Shown: one piece after another, positions 1 through 12,235 of the stretch | How positions within the stretch are numbered: the stretch's first letter is position 1 | Layout: every line of letters begins with the position of its first letter | IMG/VR virus record: IMGVR_UViG_3300001528_000174 | Coordinates: 64,001 to 128,000 of that record | From: a virus | Lineage: Duplodnaviria > Heunggongvirae > Uroviricota > Caudoviricetes | Length of the DNA stretch: 64,000 bases | Strand: one strand, 5' to 3' | The notes under the pieces: generated by a model | What the model saw: only the letters and a program-made list of their open reading frames with translations | What the model was told of the DNA's origin: nothing | Databases searched by the model: none | Translations under genes and position numbers: made by a program

Positions 1-2
1 GT

Positions 3-467
3 ACTAATACTGTAAATATAGATACTATTAATAAAGCTCTTACTACTATAAACAATACTCTATAGAATAAGCAGGATAAATTAACTGCTGGAGATGGTAT
101 TACTATTTCTTCTAATGGAGTTATTAGTGTTACTAACACTAGTTCAATAGGATTTCAATATAAAATAGTATCAGCTTTACCAACCCCTCCTAGTAAGGAT
201 TATGAAAACATAATATATTTAGTCCCAAATCCAAGTGGAGTAAATGGAAATATTTTCATAGAATATATTTGTGTTAATAAAGATTCTAACTATATTTGGG
301 AATAGATAGGTTCTTTAACAACTGATGTTAATTTAGATAATTATGTAACTAAAACTGAGTTTAATGCTTTAAGATCAATTGTATTAACAGCAGAGGATGT
401 TACTACATCATTAGGAACAGCAGTTACAGTAAATTATAATATACCTAGTACACTATACGATGAGTAA
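3..467 (+). CDS. 3' end of a fibre/structural protein (5'-truncated by the window)
   Basis: Open with TAG=Gln; LQNKQDKLTAGDGITISSNGVISV and WEQIGS..DVNLDNYVTK are typical phage fibre motifs; ends TAA 465-467. Confidence 0.75.
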
Positions 468-879
468 TAGATTAGTTAAAGTAATATTAGCTGGAGAATA
501 GATATTCCCACAAACAGTAGCTGAATCTGTTTTAGTAAATAAAGGATAGGTGATTACTCTAGATAAATTTCTAGATAGAAAAATAGAATCTGTAAGTACT
601 CCTAAAGATTCTGGGTTATCTAGTACTAAAGAAGGAACTTCTGTAACTATTACTCATGTTAATAAAATAACCCCTAATGATACTACGGAAGCCTAGTTAA
701 TATAGTATGATTAGAATGGACATATAGTTAAAACTGAGCCTACTAAAAAGTAGAATGTGATAGTTGCTGGAAATATCTATACACAATATGATGGAAATAC
801 AGATTCTAATATACAATTTGGAGATGACTTTAAAACAACTGATAACAATATCTCTCTCACATGGGGGGGTATAAATTAA
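460..879 (+). CDS. Hypothetical virion protein, 139 aa (code 15)
   Basis: ATG overlaps the upstream stop; MSNRLVKVILAGEQIFPQTVAESVL...LTWGGIN*; only TAG interruptions. Confidence 0.7.
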
Positions 880-888
880 TAATAAGTA

Positions 889-2229
889 ATGGCATTATTA
901 AATTTTGCAACTTCCTATAGTGATGTGTCAGGTAAATTAACTTTACCTCAGTCAGAAACAGGAGATTATATAAAATTATATTTTACAAAAGATGGACATA
1001 TAATTACTCATGGAGTTGATTATATTCCTTGGGGAGTATCTGGAATAATTCCTATTAATAGATTACCTGTAGACAATACTAAAACAGATAGTAGCCATTT
1101 ATGGGATAGTAAAACTATTTAGGATAAAATTAGTTAGTCATTTGTGGCTAACGATGCTATGACTTTTAAAGGAACTATTGGTTTGGTTTCAGGTTCTACA
1201 ACTAAATTTACTATAAATGGTGCCGAGGCGGATTTCCCTTCTAGTACAGCTAAAGTAGGTGATACATATAGAGTAGTTACTGCTGGAAGTTATGCAGGAG
1301 TAAAATGTGAAATAGGAGATTTACTTATATGTATTACCTAGGGTACAATAGGTGTTCCTGCTACTTGGACTGTAGCACAAACTAATATTAACGGACAAGT
1401 TTATCATAAGATAAATAATGTTTCTAGAGGATTTTACTCTAATGATACTGATAGTTTTTCTATTTATGCTCCTACTACTTCTGGAGCCTTAGGTCAAATA
1501 TTAATTAGTAAAGGAGCTAATACTGCTCCTGGTTGGACTAATTAGTCAGATATTACTGCTGGAGGATTGACAGATACCGCTAAAAAAGCTTTATTTACTT
1601 CAATGACTTATACTAATAATGTATTAACTATAGCTATTGGAGGAACTACAAAATCTGTTACTATTAATAGTGGAAGAGCCATACAAGTAAACTCTACAGA
1701 AGTTCTAGCTGCTTCGGTAAGTAATGCCCTCAATTTAACTAATGGTTCTGGAGTATCTTTTATATGGGATTCTACTAATAAGGCTGTAAAAGTAAATGCT
1801 AACACTGGGTTTACCACAGATATTACTAATAAGAATTTTGCAGTAAAAGTTGATTCTAATAATTAGTTATATGTAAATGTTCCGCAAGCTTCAATATATA
1901 ATGTAGTATCTAATGAAGCAGATGGTTTAGCTCCAAAAGTAATTAATACAAATACCAATTTAATTACACAAGCTTTTTATTTGCTAGCTTCAACCGACGG
2001 TCAAGCTACTCCTAGTTGGTATAGATTGCCAACAAATGCTTTTGTTAATACTTGGAGAACTATTAAAGTTGGAGGAGCTTCTATAGGCACACAAACTCTT
2101 AATTTTGTACCTACTGGAGATATATATGTAAAAACATCAGATTAGAATCCTAATACAACAGATGAATTTGATATAGGTTTTGGACTAGCATGGTATAATG
2201 TTAGTACGGGTAAATATGAATATGAATAA
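889..2229 (+). CDS. Tail-fibre-associated structural protein, 446 aa (code 15)
   Basis: Track ORFs 889, 1144 and 1567 share one frame and join through TAG; ends TAA 2227-2229; beta-rich Thr/Ser/Gly composition. Confidence 0.75.
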
Positions 2230-2235
2230 TGTAAT

Positions 2236-5200
2236 ATGAAAATAGCATTTAATCCCTCTACGGTGGCAGCATTAACTAGCCCACCAAATAACAAAGATAT
2301 TACGTTTGACCTCAGAGGGCGAAATATATTTGCACGAGGGGTTAAATTTTAGGGTACAGATACTAATACTTGGAGAAGTATTCAAATTAATGGTACTAGT
2401 ATAGGTACTAATATCTTAAATATTATAGGAGCAACAGCTTCTACTAAAGATGGAATTACATCTATTGTTACAAGAGATACTTGGAGATAGATAAAAATAA
2501 ATAATGTAAGTATAGGTACTAATACTTTAGACTTACGTAATGGAACTAATGTTACTTTAGTTAATAATAATGGAATAGTAACTATTAATGCAAGTTTAAA
2601 TTGGGATAATATTACAGGTACTAAATCTTTTTATACTAAAGCTGAATCAGACGCCAAATATATAACTAATGTTACTACTTCTGTTAACAAACTTACATTT
2701 ACTAAGAATGGCTCTAATACAGATAGGGATATTACTGTAGACCATATACTAGCAGGAGCTAAACAAACTATAGATAATACTACTTATGAAAATGGTTTCA
2801 GAACTAGATTTTATTATAGTAGTGGAGGTCCTGATACTTATGGTAATATTCTAGAAATAGTGGACCCTTATAATGGAGGTGGTCAATTATCCTTATCTTG
2901 GAGTGGGAGTTAGACTAAAGCCGATGGAACTGATTAGAATATAGGCATAGTTAAGTACCGTTCTAAACGAGATAATGTAGGAGGATGGACAGCTTGGGCT
3001 ACTCTATTAGCAACTAATAATTATGCAGGTATTTTAGATGATCGTTATTATACAGAATCTGAAATAAATGCCAAATTAAATACAAAGTTAGATAGAGTAA
3101 ATCTATCTACAAGTACTTGGAATCCTAGAGGCTATAACTTAGCTGCTGATTATCATTATAACGGAGGCGATGTATCTTTTGCTGAATCAGGAGGATAGAT
3201 GCATATATCTATTGATGGTAAATTTTGGCAAAATGAAGGTTAGTATAGAGTATTAGATACTTCTGATTTAGGGAGCATATATTCTAATGTGTCTCTTAAC
3301 CAATATTTATCTAATTCCGATACTGCTTGGTACCCTATCGTTTGGGGTGGGAGCACGCATAGAAATACTAACAATAGTACTGGACAATTATATAAATCGC
3401 ACGATAGATTATCTTGGTAGACTAGTAGTTAGACTTTATATACTACTAATTTACAAACTCTTGGTATTACTTTCCCTAATAGTGGTACTTCTTTAAGAGG
3501 TATACAAGGTACTGTAGGAGATAATGACTTTTGGAGAATAATGGGAGGAGCCACCTCTTCTAATAATGGATATTTAGAAATAGCTACTGCTGATGATGGA
3601 ACTGAACCTATTTATGTAAGACAATATACAGGAGTGTTTAGTAATGTAGCTAGAACTCTTACTCTTCTTGATGCAAATGGCTTTAGTTATTTTCCTAGTT
3701 ACATAAACATTGGAGGTAATGAGAATAATAATTCATCTCCTGATAGAGTTTGGGGTAGTAATGGAAGTGATAGTTTCTTAAGAAGTTATAGAACTAGTGC
3801 TTTAAGTGTAGCTTATAGTAAATATTTATCAGGAATAAGTTTAACAGGAGGAAACGGCAATAATGAAGGATACCGATTAATATTTCAAAAAACTATGGGA
3901 GGTTGGAATATTAATTATGGTGTTTGGGCAATTGCTTTCAGACATTCTGGTAGAGGAACATTAAATATAGGTTTTGATACTACTAACTCTGATGGTTCTT
4001 CTTATACTTATGATATAAGATTTTTTGGCTCTATTGCATCTAAAGAATCTACTCCATTTAGAGCTTTTTATAACACTACTACTAAGGTATTTAGAATTTA
4101 TTGGCATTATTATGATTATACTAGTGGAGAAATATCCATATTAAGAGGAAATATGGAACCTTCTAATGGAACTTGGATAACTTCTTTACCAAGTGATGTT
4201 GGAAATGAACTGACTATTTATTACGATAGAGCAACAGAAGCTGATAAATTAGTAACTGAAAGAAGTCTTTGGGGAAATTCCTTCGATGGAACTGCCGATG
4301 TTAGTGGTAGATTATTAGTAAATCCAACTAATGCCAGTGGAAATTATGATGAAGGAATGAGAATTACTCCTAAAAGTAATGGTTGGGCTACTATACTTCT
4401 TAAAGGAATGGACAACTCCTAGAATACCGGAACATCTAATAATTCTTGGGGATTATTTAATAACAATGGAAATTTCTATATAACAAAGAGGGGTTCTTCT
4501 AGTGGTCAAATGCTCTTAGGTATGACTTCTAATAAATTTCGTATAGCTATCGAAGATTCTCTTAATGGGGGAATTGCTAGTTCTGTAGTAAATTGGGCAA
4601 ATAACTCTCCATATGGATTGCTTACTAGAATTTATAATACAGGTACAGTTTCTTTGCAATCCTAGCGTGAATCAAATAATAATGAATTATTTGGACTAAC
4701 TTTATAGCCATTGGGAGGAAACGTTGGTATAGGTGAATATAACCCAATATCTAAACTAACAGTTAATGGAAGTATTAGTACTACTAATGCTATTATGTAT
4801 GGCTCTACAGGTTTGTAGTATTTTAACCAGTATACATCAACCACTTCTGGAGCTTAGAACAATGCTAATCCTTATGCTGAATGGTTTCATATTATTAGAA
4901 TGAATCATGGAAATAGTGCAGGTTATTATGTAGATATAGCTACTGCATTTCATCAAGATGCTATGTATTTTAGAAGAATTGTTAGTGGAGAAGATTAGGG
5001 ATGGCAAAAAATACTAACAACAGCTGATAATGTACAAGCCCTTGGTTGGGTAAATTTATATAGAACTGGAGGAAGTTCAAGTGTAATAAAATGGACTAGA
5101 ATAGGTCGATGGGTATCTACAGTTGGTGATTCTGCCGAAAATGATGGAATGATAGAATTTTGTACTAATGGTGATTAGAATTATAAATATTTTGGTCATG

Positions 5201-7383
5201 GTAAAATGCAAATTTCTCAATATAATTCTGGAAGTAAATCTTTAATGCTTTCTTCCACAACTTCTGACGGTATACATTTTTATGCAACTATTGATTCTGA
5301 TAGCTATATTTGGCTAGGACATAATGCTTGGTGGTCAGGAAATTCTAAATATCGTGTAATATGGAGCGGTTCTAAAATACAGTGGTATTCTAGTAATATG
5401 GCTACTTCTACAGATGCCCCTAATTCTACCTATATAACTGATAATGGAACATTTAAATATCCAAATGAAACTGGATGGACATTAGCTAATAATTTACATA
5501 TATCGTGGGATTGTGTGATTAACAAAATAATAGCAGGAAACGAATTTAATATAGTAGATGCTGGATATAATAATACTATGTGGTTTAACTATTTACCTAT
5601 AAATAATAGAAGTAGCTCAGCTAACGTTACTTAGTATATTATGGGTAATGGTAATAAAGGTTATGCTTCTGTTTTAGCCTCTAGTTATTAGATTAATAGT
5701 TCTGCAAAACTTTATACTCAAAATGATAATTCTCCTGTTGTAGGAGGAGCTTTATCTAATTTGGTTGTTGAAACTTGGTATGGAGTTTCTTTTACTTCCA
5801 GTTGTTGTGGTACTTATAAGGGTACAACTGCTGTTGGAATTGATGCTAGAGAAGGTATTATTAGAGCCGCAAGATATGAAGGTAAATGGTATGATTATGC
5901 TTATGATTTAGGTACTAATAATACTACAGATACTTGGGTTCCAGTAATGAATAGTGGAAAGTTATAGCATAGAGTAATTCCTATTGCTTACAATAATGCT
6001 CCATCTACTCTTACAGTAGCTAATGCTTATCATCTATATATTAATAATGCTAATTCTTGGTCAAATTGGTATTGGTCTGGACAAAGTGGTCAACCTTCTT
6101 GGTTGTGGGGTTCTAATGATGGTACGAATATGTATGTATGGAATCCTAGTAACTTTAGTGTATATAATGCTCAATACTTAAGAAGTTTAGGAGCTAAAAA
6201 TTGCCAAACAGGTAGAACTCAAGCCTATGGTGATGTATATTCATATAATACTAATGCTTCTGCATATTCAAGTGCCCCAACTATGTATACTTCTGTAATA
6301 GGATTTGGACAAGGAACTGCTGGAACAGTAGAAATAGCTGGAGGTTGGTGTAATACAGGTTTATATTGGCGTTCCTTACGAGACTGCTGTGATAATTGGT
6401 ATGATTGGAGAACTGTAATTGATACAGCGAACTGGGGTAGCTTTATTCCTAATGCTAATAACTATTACTGGGCTAATATTAAAATCTCTACTTCTTCTAA
6501 TACTCAAACCCAACCATCCGTTAATACTATTTATGCTAATAATTGGTTTAGAAGTCAAGGTAATACAGGTTGGTATTCTGAAAGTTATGGTGGCGGATGG
6601 TTTATGCAAGATACTAGTTGGATTAGAGCTTATAATAATAAGGGAATTTATACTAGTGGATAGATTTATTCTACTGGTTCCATTAGAATGCACGATTTAT
6701 GTATGTAGTATACTAATGAGATTAATAATGTAGCCAATGGAACTATCCACATAAGTTATAGATATGGTAGTAATGTTACTTTGTGCTATGGCGGAGGTGA
6801 TGTTAGTATTGGAACAACTAGTCCTGTTAATGGTTATAGACTTACAGTAAATGGCTCTGAATGGTTAGCTGGTTCTATATTTTCTGGAGACCATATAGAT
6901 GCAGCTAATCATATGTACGCTAATGGCTTTAGGCATCGTTCACATAATAACAATGATGCAGTATTATTAGCTGGAGGAGGGTGGAAAACTTTAAATACTA
7001 TAGGATTTGCTACCTATGTTGCTTCATAGAATAGTATAACGGTAATTGGAAATTCTTATAGTGGAACTCGTTGGAAAAACGATGTTGAGAAATACCCTCT
7101 TATTAATTATAATTGTATTCTTATATGTGGTAATAGGTCATTAGAATATAGATTAGAATTTACTAAGGGATTTGATGGTCAAATTATATTTTTGAAAGAT
7201 ACTGGAAATACTACCAGATTTTATTACTATAATGATTACGCTCCTATAATGTCTCCTAATAGTAACTCTACATACTCAACTAACGGATAGGCTAAGGGTA
7301 ATTATGGCTACGATGATGGTAAATCTAGGATTTTGGTATATTCCGCTTCGGCAGGTTGCTGGATAGAGTTCTATTGTGGTTAA
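2236..7383 (+). CDS. Long tail fibre / receptor-binding protein, 1715 aa (code 15)
   Basis: Track ORFs 3541, 5206, 5761, 6103 and 6781 are all in one frame joined by TAG; fibre motifs LDDRYYTESEI, GYLEIATADDGTEPIYVRQY, LWGNSFDGTADVSG, GGNVGIG, WSGQSGQPSWLWGSNDG; ends TAA. Confidence 0.85.
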
Positions 7384-7452
7384 TATTAATTAACTTTTGA
7401 TTTTCTACAAAATAATATACAATAATATATGTTTAATAAAAATTAATGATTT

Positions 7453-7905
7453 ATGACTTTAAATGATGTATTGACAAAACAGAATGTTATCACTAAAATT
7501 CTTTTAGCTAGTGATGGTAAAGAACTTTCTAAAGAGTTGAAAGTGAAGATTATGAGAATTAGAATGTCTTATAATAAGATTAAGAAACAATTTGATGAAG
7601 ATACACAAGAATTTAGTAAGCAGATTGTATCTGATGAATTAAGAGAATTAGCTAATAAGACTGATAGAACTCCTGAAGAGGAAACTAAGTTCAATGAGTT
7701 GAATAATAAAGCTAATTCAGAATATCAAGAGTATTTAATTCAGAAAGGTAAGGAGGATGTAAATGATACCCCTGAAGATACGTTTACTGAGGATGAATAT
7801 GCTGATATTCTCGATGTAAATTCAGAAGGTGAGTATGAGATTAATAATCAGAAAGTGAAAGCTGCTGATTTGATGGAAGCATTTTATGAATTATTTATTA
7901 AGTAA
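7453..7905 (+). CDS. Hypothetical acidic helical protein (possible fibre assembly chaperone)
   Basis: Clean 150-aa ORF right after the fibre gene; function inferred from position only. Confidence 0.7.
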   Translation: MTLNDVLTKQNVITKILLASDGKELSKELKVKIMRIRMSYNKIKKQFDEDTQEFSKQIVSDELRELANKTDRTPEEETKFNELNNKANSEYQEYLIQKGKEDVNDTPEDTFTEDEYADILDVNSEGEYEINNQKVKAADLMEAFYELFIK

Positions 7906-8183
7906 TGGAAATAACTAAACAAAACGAACATTATCAAATAGTTGATTCTACAGATGAAAATTATAATATTTCAGGGTCTTTAGATATTAGTTTAGATGGA
8001 ACTTATTCTTTTAATATTAGCATGGTAAATATTGAAAGTTCTAAAAGTATGAATTACTATAGAACAGTCGGTACAGACCATATTGATACTAATTACAATG
8101 CTCCAAAAGATTTAGAAGAAGATTTACTTAATTATGTTAAAGATAATATGCAAACTATTTTAGATAAAGTAAATAAACAATAA
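7905..8183 (+). CDS. Hypothetical protein, 92 aa
   Basis: TAATG overlap with the previous gene; clean ORF. Confidence 0.7.
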   Translation: MEITKQNEHYQIVDSTDENYNISGSLDISLDGTYSFNISMVNIESSKSMNYYRTVGTDHIDTNYNAPKDLEEDLLNYVKDNMQTILDKVNKQ

Positions 8184-8206
8184 TTCTTTTTAAATTTATT
8201 ACGACT

Positions 8207-8608
8207 ATGAAAATTATTAAAAAAATTTCTAAACATTTATCCTCCAAGGACAAATACTTAGAGAAGTATGGTAAACATTTTACTACTAAATTAGCTGATT
8301 TTGCTAGTGAATAGATGATTAATTCTGATGGCTCAAATAAACATTGGCATATTAATGATGTGAAAGAAGTTATTGATGAACTAGGTTATATTATTCCAAT
8401 TAGTAGTACTATAGGAGATATTATTTACACAGCCAATATGGCTCATGCTGATTTTTATCCTTTATTATTAAAAGATACTAAATCTTGTATAATGTATGCG
8501 ATGGAAGTAGCAAATGATAAAGATGGCTATGAGGGTATACAATTTTGCAGATGGTTAGCTGATGTAAAGAATAAAAATTTAGAAATTGACTGGAACTCTT
8601 TTATTTAA
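8207..8608 (+). CDS. Conserved gut-phage hypothetical protein (YGKHF...NMAHADFY...DKDGYEG type), 133 aa
   Basis: Track ORF 8315 extends upstream through one TAG to ATG 8207. Confidence 0.75.
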
Positions 8609-8628
8609 AATACTTAAATAAGTATCCT

Positions 8629-8691
8629 AATAAGGAATTATTAAAAGTAGTGGTATAATAATTACTATTTTTAATAATTCCTTATTTTTTA
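8629..8691 (+). terminator. Long hairpin, likely intrinsic terminator
   Basis: Inverted repeat aataaggaattattaaaa ... ttttaataattccttatt followed by a T run. Confidence 0.65.
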
Positions 8692-8788
8692 TTTTGATTG
8701 ACGAAGTCTTAACATATATTAACAATACGATTAGATACTAGTATTTATAGATGAGTTTTCCTTGAAATTTGAGTAATTTTTTTTAATT

Positions 8789-9640
8789 ATGAGCGACACT
8801 GTAGAAAAAATTTATTGTACCGATAACAACAACGACGCTTTGTTAGCTTCAGTTATGGGTAAAAACAATAATGATCCAATGGCAATGGCTGCTATGCTAA
8901 ACAATAATTAGTGGATGAATAATCCATTTATTTATTTAGTATTCCTTATGATGTTTGGAAGAAACGGACTCTGGGGTAATAATACTAATGGTGTTTAGGA
9001 TGCAGAGATTTAGGGATAGTTAAATGCTATCAGAAATCAAATGTCAGATAACTAGAATAGTGGTCTATTAATGGATGCTGTTAAGGGTAATAACAATGCT
9101 ATTACTCAGTTAGCAAGTAATCTAAACTGCGACTTTAATTCACTTAATAGTGCTATATGCGCTGTACGTTCTGGAGTTCAGGATGTGGCTGGTAAAGTAG
9201 GATTCTCTGCTGAGAGAGTAATCAATGCTGCTAACTTAGGTGATTTAAATATTGTTCAACAGTTAAAAGATTGTTGCTGCCAGACTTAGCAGAATCTATT
9301 AAAGATGGGTTATGAGCAGCAGTTAGCGATTGCTAATCAAACAAGTACTTTAGCTAGTAAAATCTGCGATTCTAACTATTCTTTAAATAATGCTATAAAC
9401 ACATTATCAACCGGAGTAGAAAGAGGATTTGCTTCTACAAACTATGCTACACAAGCACAAACTTGCGAAATATTAAGAGACAATCAACGTAACACTCAGC
9501 AAATAATTGATACTCTTAATACACATTGGAATCAAGATTTGCAGTAGAGATATAATGATGCCAGACTTGAACTTAGTCAAGTTAGACAAAATCAGTATTT
9601 AATTTCTCAGTTGAAAACTACCACAACTACTACTGCGTAA
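8789..9640 (+). CDS. Conserved gut-phage coiled-coil protein with CCC motif, 283 aa (code 15)
   Basis: Track ORFs 9071 and 9305 joined by TAG; NLNCDFN..GFSAERVINA..LKDCCCQTQQNLLKMGYEQQL; ends TAA 9638-9640. Confidence 0.8.
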
Positions 9641-9647
9641 AAATTAT

Positions 9648-9680
9648 AAGCCCAGGAAGTTTAACTTCTTGGGCTTTTTT
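9648..9680 (+). terminator. Intrinsic terminator
   Basis: aagcccaggaag-ttta-acttcttgggc followed by tttttt. Confidence 0.8.
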
Positions 9681-9691
9681 ATTATCACGAT

Positions 9692-10183
9692 ATGATATTT
9701 AGAGACATTAAACAACACAACAAAGTTTATATACTTGATAAAGTAAATGTAACTATTGATGAAGGTATTGTTACAGCTGTGGGAATACCTCAACCTAATA
9801 TGGAAGGTAAGATAGTAATTGATATTACTATTAATGTGAAAGATAAACAAGCTACTTATACTATTCCTGAATAGTTATCAGTTACTAGGGCTAATAATTT
9901 AGTACTTGCTATTGATTAGAAAGATTTAATATCGGAACTTGAGACAATGAAGACTAATGCAAAACTTATTATAGATTCAGTACCAACATAGAAAACAATA
10001 TTACAGAAGGCAGATAAGCTTCTTCTAGAACTCAATCCAGTATTAAAAGAAAAACAATAGAATGAACAAAGATTCAGCAAAATTGAAGATTCTCTTTCTC
10101 AAATAGCTAAACTAATGGAGAAGTAGCAAGAAACTATCAATAATTTTATAAATGATAAAAGTTTTAGTAAAAAGAATTGCTAA
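9692..10183 (+). CDS. Conserved hypothetical protein (third gene of module), 163 aa (code 15)
   Basis: MIFRDIKQHNKVYILDK... extends through TAGs to TAA 10181-10183; C-terminal coiled coil. Confidence 0.7.
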
Positions 10184-10607
10184 AAAACCTAAATACACCA
10201 TTGGTAAGCTTTTTATCAATGGTGTTTTTTATGCAAATACACTAGAAGACACTGATAGAGGATTAACTCAAGATATGTCTGAAGATGAAATTAAAAATAA
10301 AAAGATTTATGGAGAAACTGCTATACCAACTGGTACTTATAAAGTAGATATGAATACAGTAAGCCCTAAGTTTAAAAACCGTAGCTGGGCTAAACCTTAT
10401 GGAGGAAAATTACCACGATTAGTTGACGTAAAGGGCTTTAATGGAGTACTTACTCATCCAGGAAACCAAGCCTCAGACACATTAGGGTGTCTGTTAGTTG
10501 GGAAAAACGATGTGGTAGGCAAAGTTACTAATTCTGTTTATTATTTCAACAAAATAATGACTGAATTACTTAAAGATCCAAATAATATTACTTTAACAAT
10601 AGAATAA
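10152..10607 (+). CDS. DUF5675-family protein (candidate cell-wall peptidase/endolysin)
   Basis: KRI..K..YTIGKL...TLED..R, ETAIPTGTYKV, GVLTHPGN...DTLGCLLVG match the recalled DUF5675 His/Cys motif; lytic role is inference. Confidence 0.75.
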   Translation: MIKVLVKRIAKKPKYTIGKLFINGVFYANTLEDTDRGLTQDMSEDEIKNKKIYGETAIPTGTYKVDMNTVSPKFKNRSWAKPYGGKLPRLVDVKGFNGVLTHPGNQASDTLGCLLVGKNDVVGKVTNSVYYFNKIMTELLKDPNNITLTIE

Positions 10608-10608
10608 T

Positions 10609-12174
10609 ATGGAAAAATTCTTTGGGAGAACTTATGAAACTGTAGGTAATGTTAGTGGAGACTTGCTATTAAAAACTAGGGGAGGAGTAAAAGTACAAAT
10701 AGGTTCTAGTTTTATAGACCTTGTAAAAGGAGGCAAAATAAATGTTGACGTTGATATTATTAAAGAAGCTTCTTCTAAAGATAATATTATTGATAACGGA
10801 TTATATTTAATTGATAATATCTTATATGTAAAGTATTAGGATATAGTATTACCTTTAAATAGCAATGATAGTGAAAATCAAGTATCTTATTTACCTTAGC
10901 TAAATATAACAGAAGAATAGAAAATATAGGCATAGAAAAATATAGGTATTTACTATGATACTTTAGAGGAGGCTTAGTAGAATGTAAGTAATGGATATGC
11001 TTATATAAAAGGATAGGGTATATATACTATTAATAATCAAAACTTTAATTAGGTTTTAACTCTAGACTATTTAAGTTCTAATGAACTAAATTTATCCTCA
11101 ATATAGCTTAATGATCTGCATATAGGTAAAACCTTTTTATAGGAAAATCAAATATCTTTAGAGAATAATTTTGAATTGTTTTTAAAATCTCAAAAATTGC
11201 TAAATATTGATAATTCAGCATTTATTATATATAATAAGCTATTATCCTCTAATATATAGGATATTAATAATATTTTTTAGTTATATGTTAATGATGCTAA
11301 TGGAGAATCTTATTTAAAAGTAGACCATGTTATATGCTCTGATAATAACTAGGACTACCAAGCTAATCTATGTAATACTCAGTATTATATTAATAATGGT
11401 AATAATGTAATCAAAAAAGTAGATGTTGATAGTGAGACTAAAGTAATTACTTTATATTTAAAATATTAGGTACAATATAACCCTGAAGATATTTTACATA
11501 CTGAATTTGATGGAGATATTTATGATTTTGTAATTGAATCTTACGATTCTTAGAAAAATACTGTTATAGTAACTCTATAGGATACTTCATTAGATCCCAC
11601 TAATATAAGTTAGCAAACTATTTGTTATTATAAACCTAAAGATACTTCTTTAATAGGATTTTTTATAGAAAATAATACTATTACTTACGGAAATGATTCT
11701 AATAAAACAATATTAGGAACTCTTCCTGAAGGATTATCTTTAAAAAATGGGTTTTATTCAGATTCTATAATTACAAAAAATCAAATCTTAATATCCCCAA
11801 ACTTAGACAATCCAAGTTTGTTAAATGTAATATTTAAAAAATCCGATAACTTTCCTAAATTAGAAGAAGGATGGGAATTACCTAAAGAAGATAATTCTCA
11901 AAATTTAGCCACAACTAAATGGGTAACTTCTAACAAATATATATTACCTACAGCAACTTCCAGCACTTTAGGAGGAGTAATCATAGGTGATGGATTGTCT
12001 ATTACTAGTTCTGGAATATTATCTGTAACAGATAATTGGACTACTACGCTAACTACTGTTGTAAATAATACTAATACAAATACTACCGATATCACTACTT
12101 TAAAATCTTAGGTAGCTAACTTACAAAAAGCAGTTCAAGATTTACAAAATAAATTAAATTCTTCAACTGAATAA
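10609..12174 (+). CDS. Virion structural protein with fibre-like C-terminus, 521 aa (code 15)
   Basis: One frame from ATG 10609 to TAA 12172-12174 with about 19 TAG codons; LPTATSSTLGGVIIGDGLSITSSGILSV motif and C-terminal coiled coil. Confidence 0.75.
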
Positions 12175-12235
12175 TTTTGTTATTTTGACTTTTATTTTTT
12201 TTAACATAATATAATATTATTAAATAATATACAAT

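Noticed and set aside
7030-7383. Possible diversity-generating retroelement variable region at the fibre tip
   Set aside because: No reverse transcriptase or near-identical template repeat seen in this window; needs a whole-genome search
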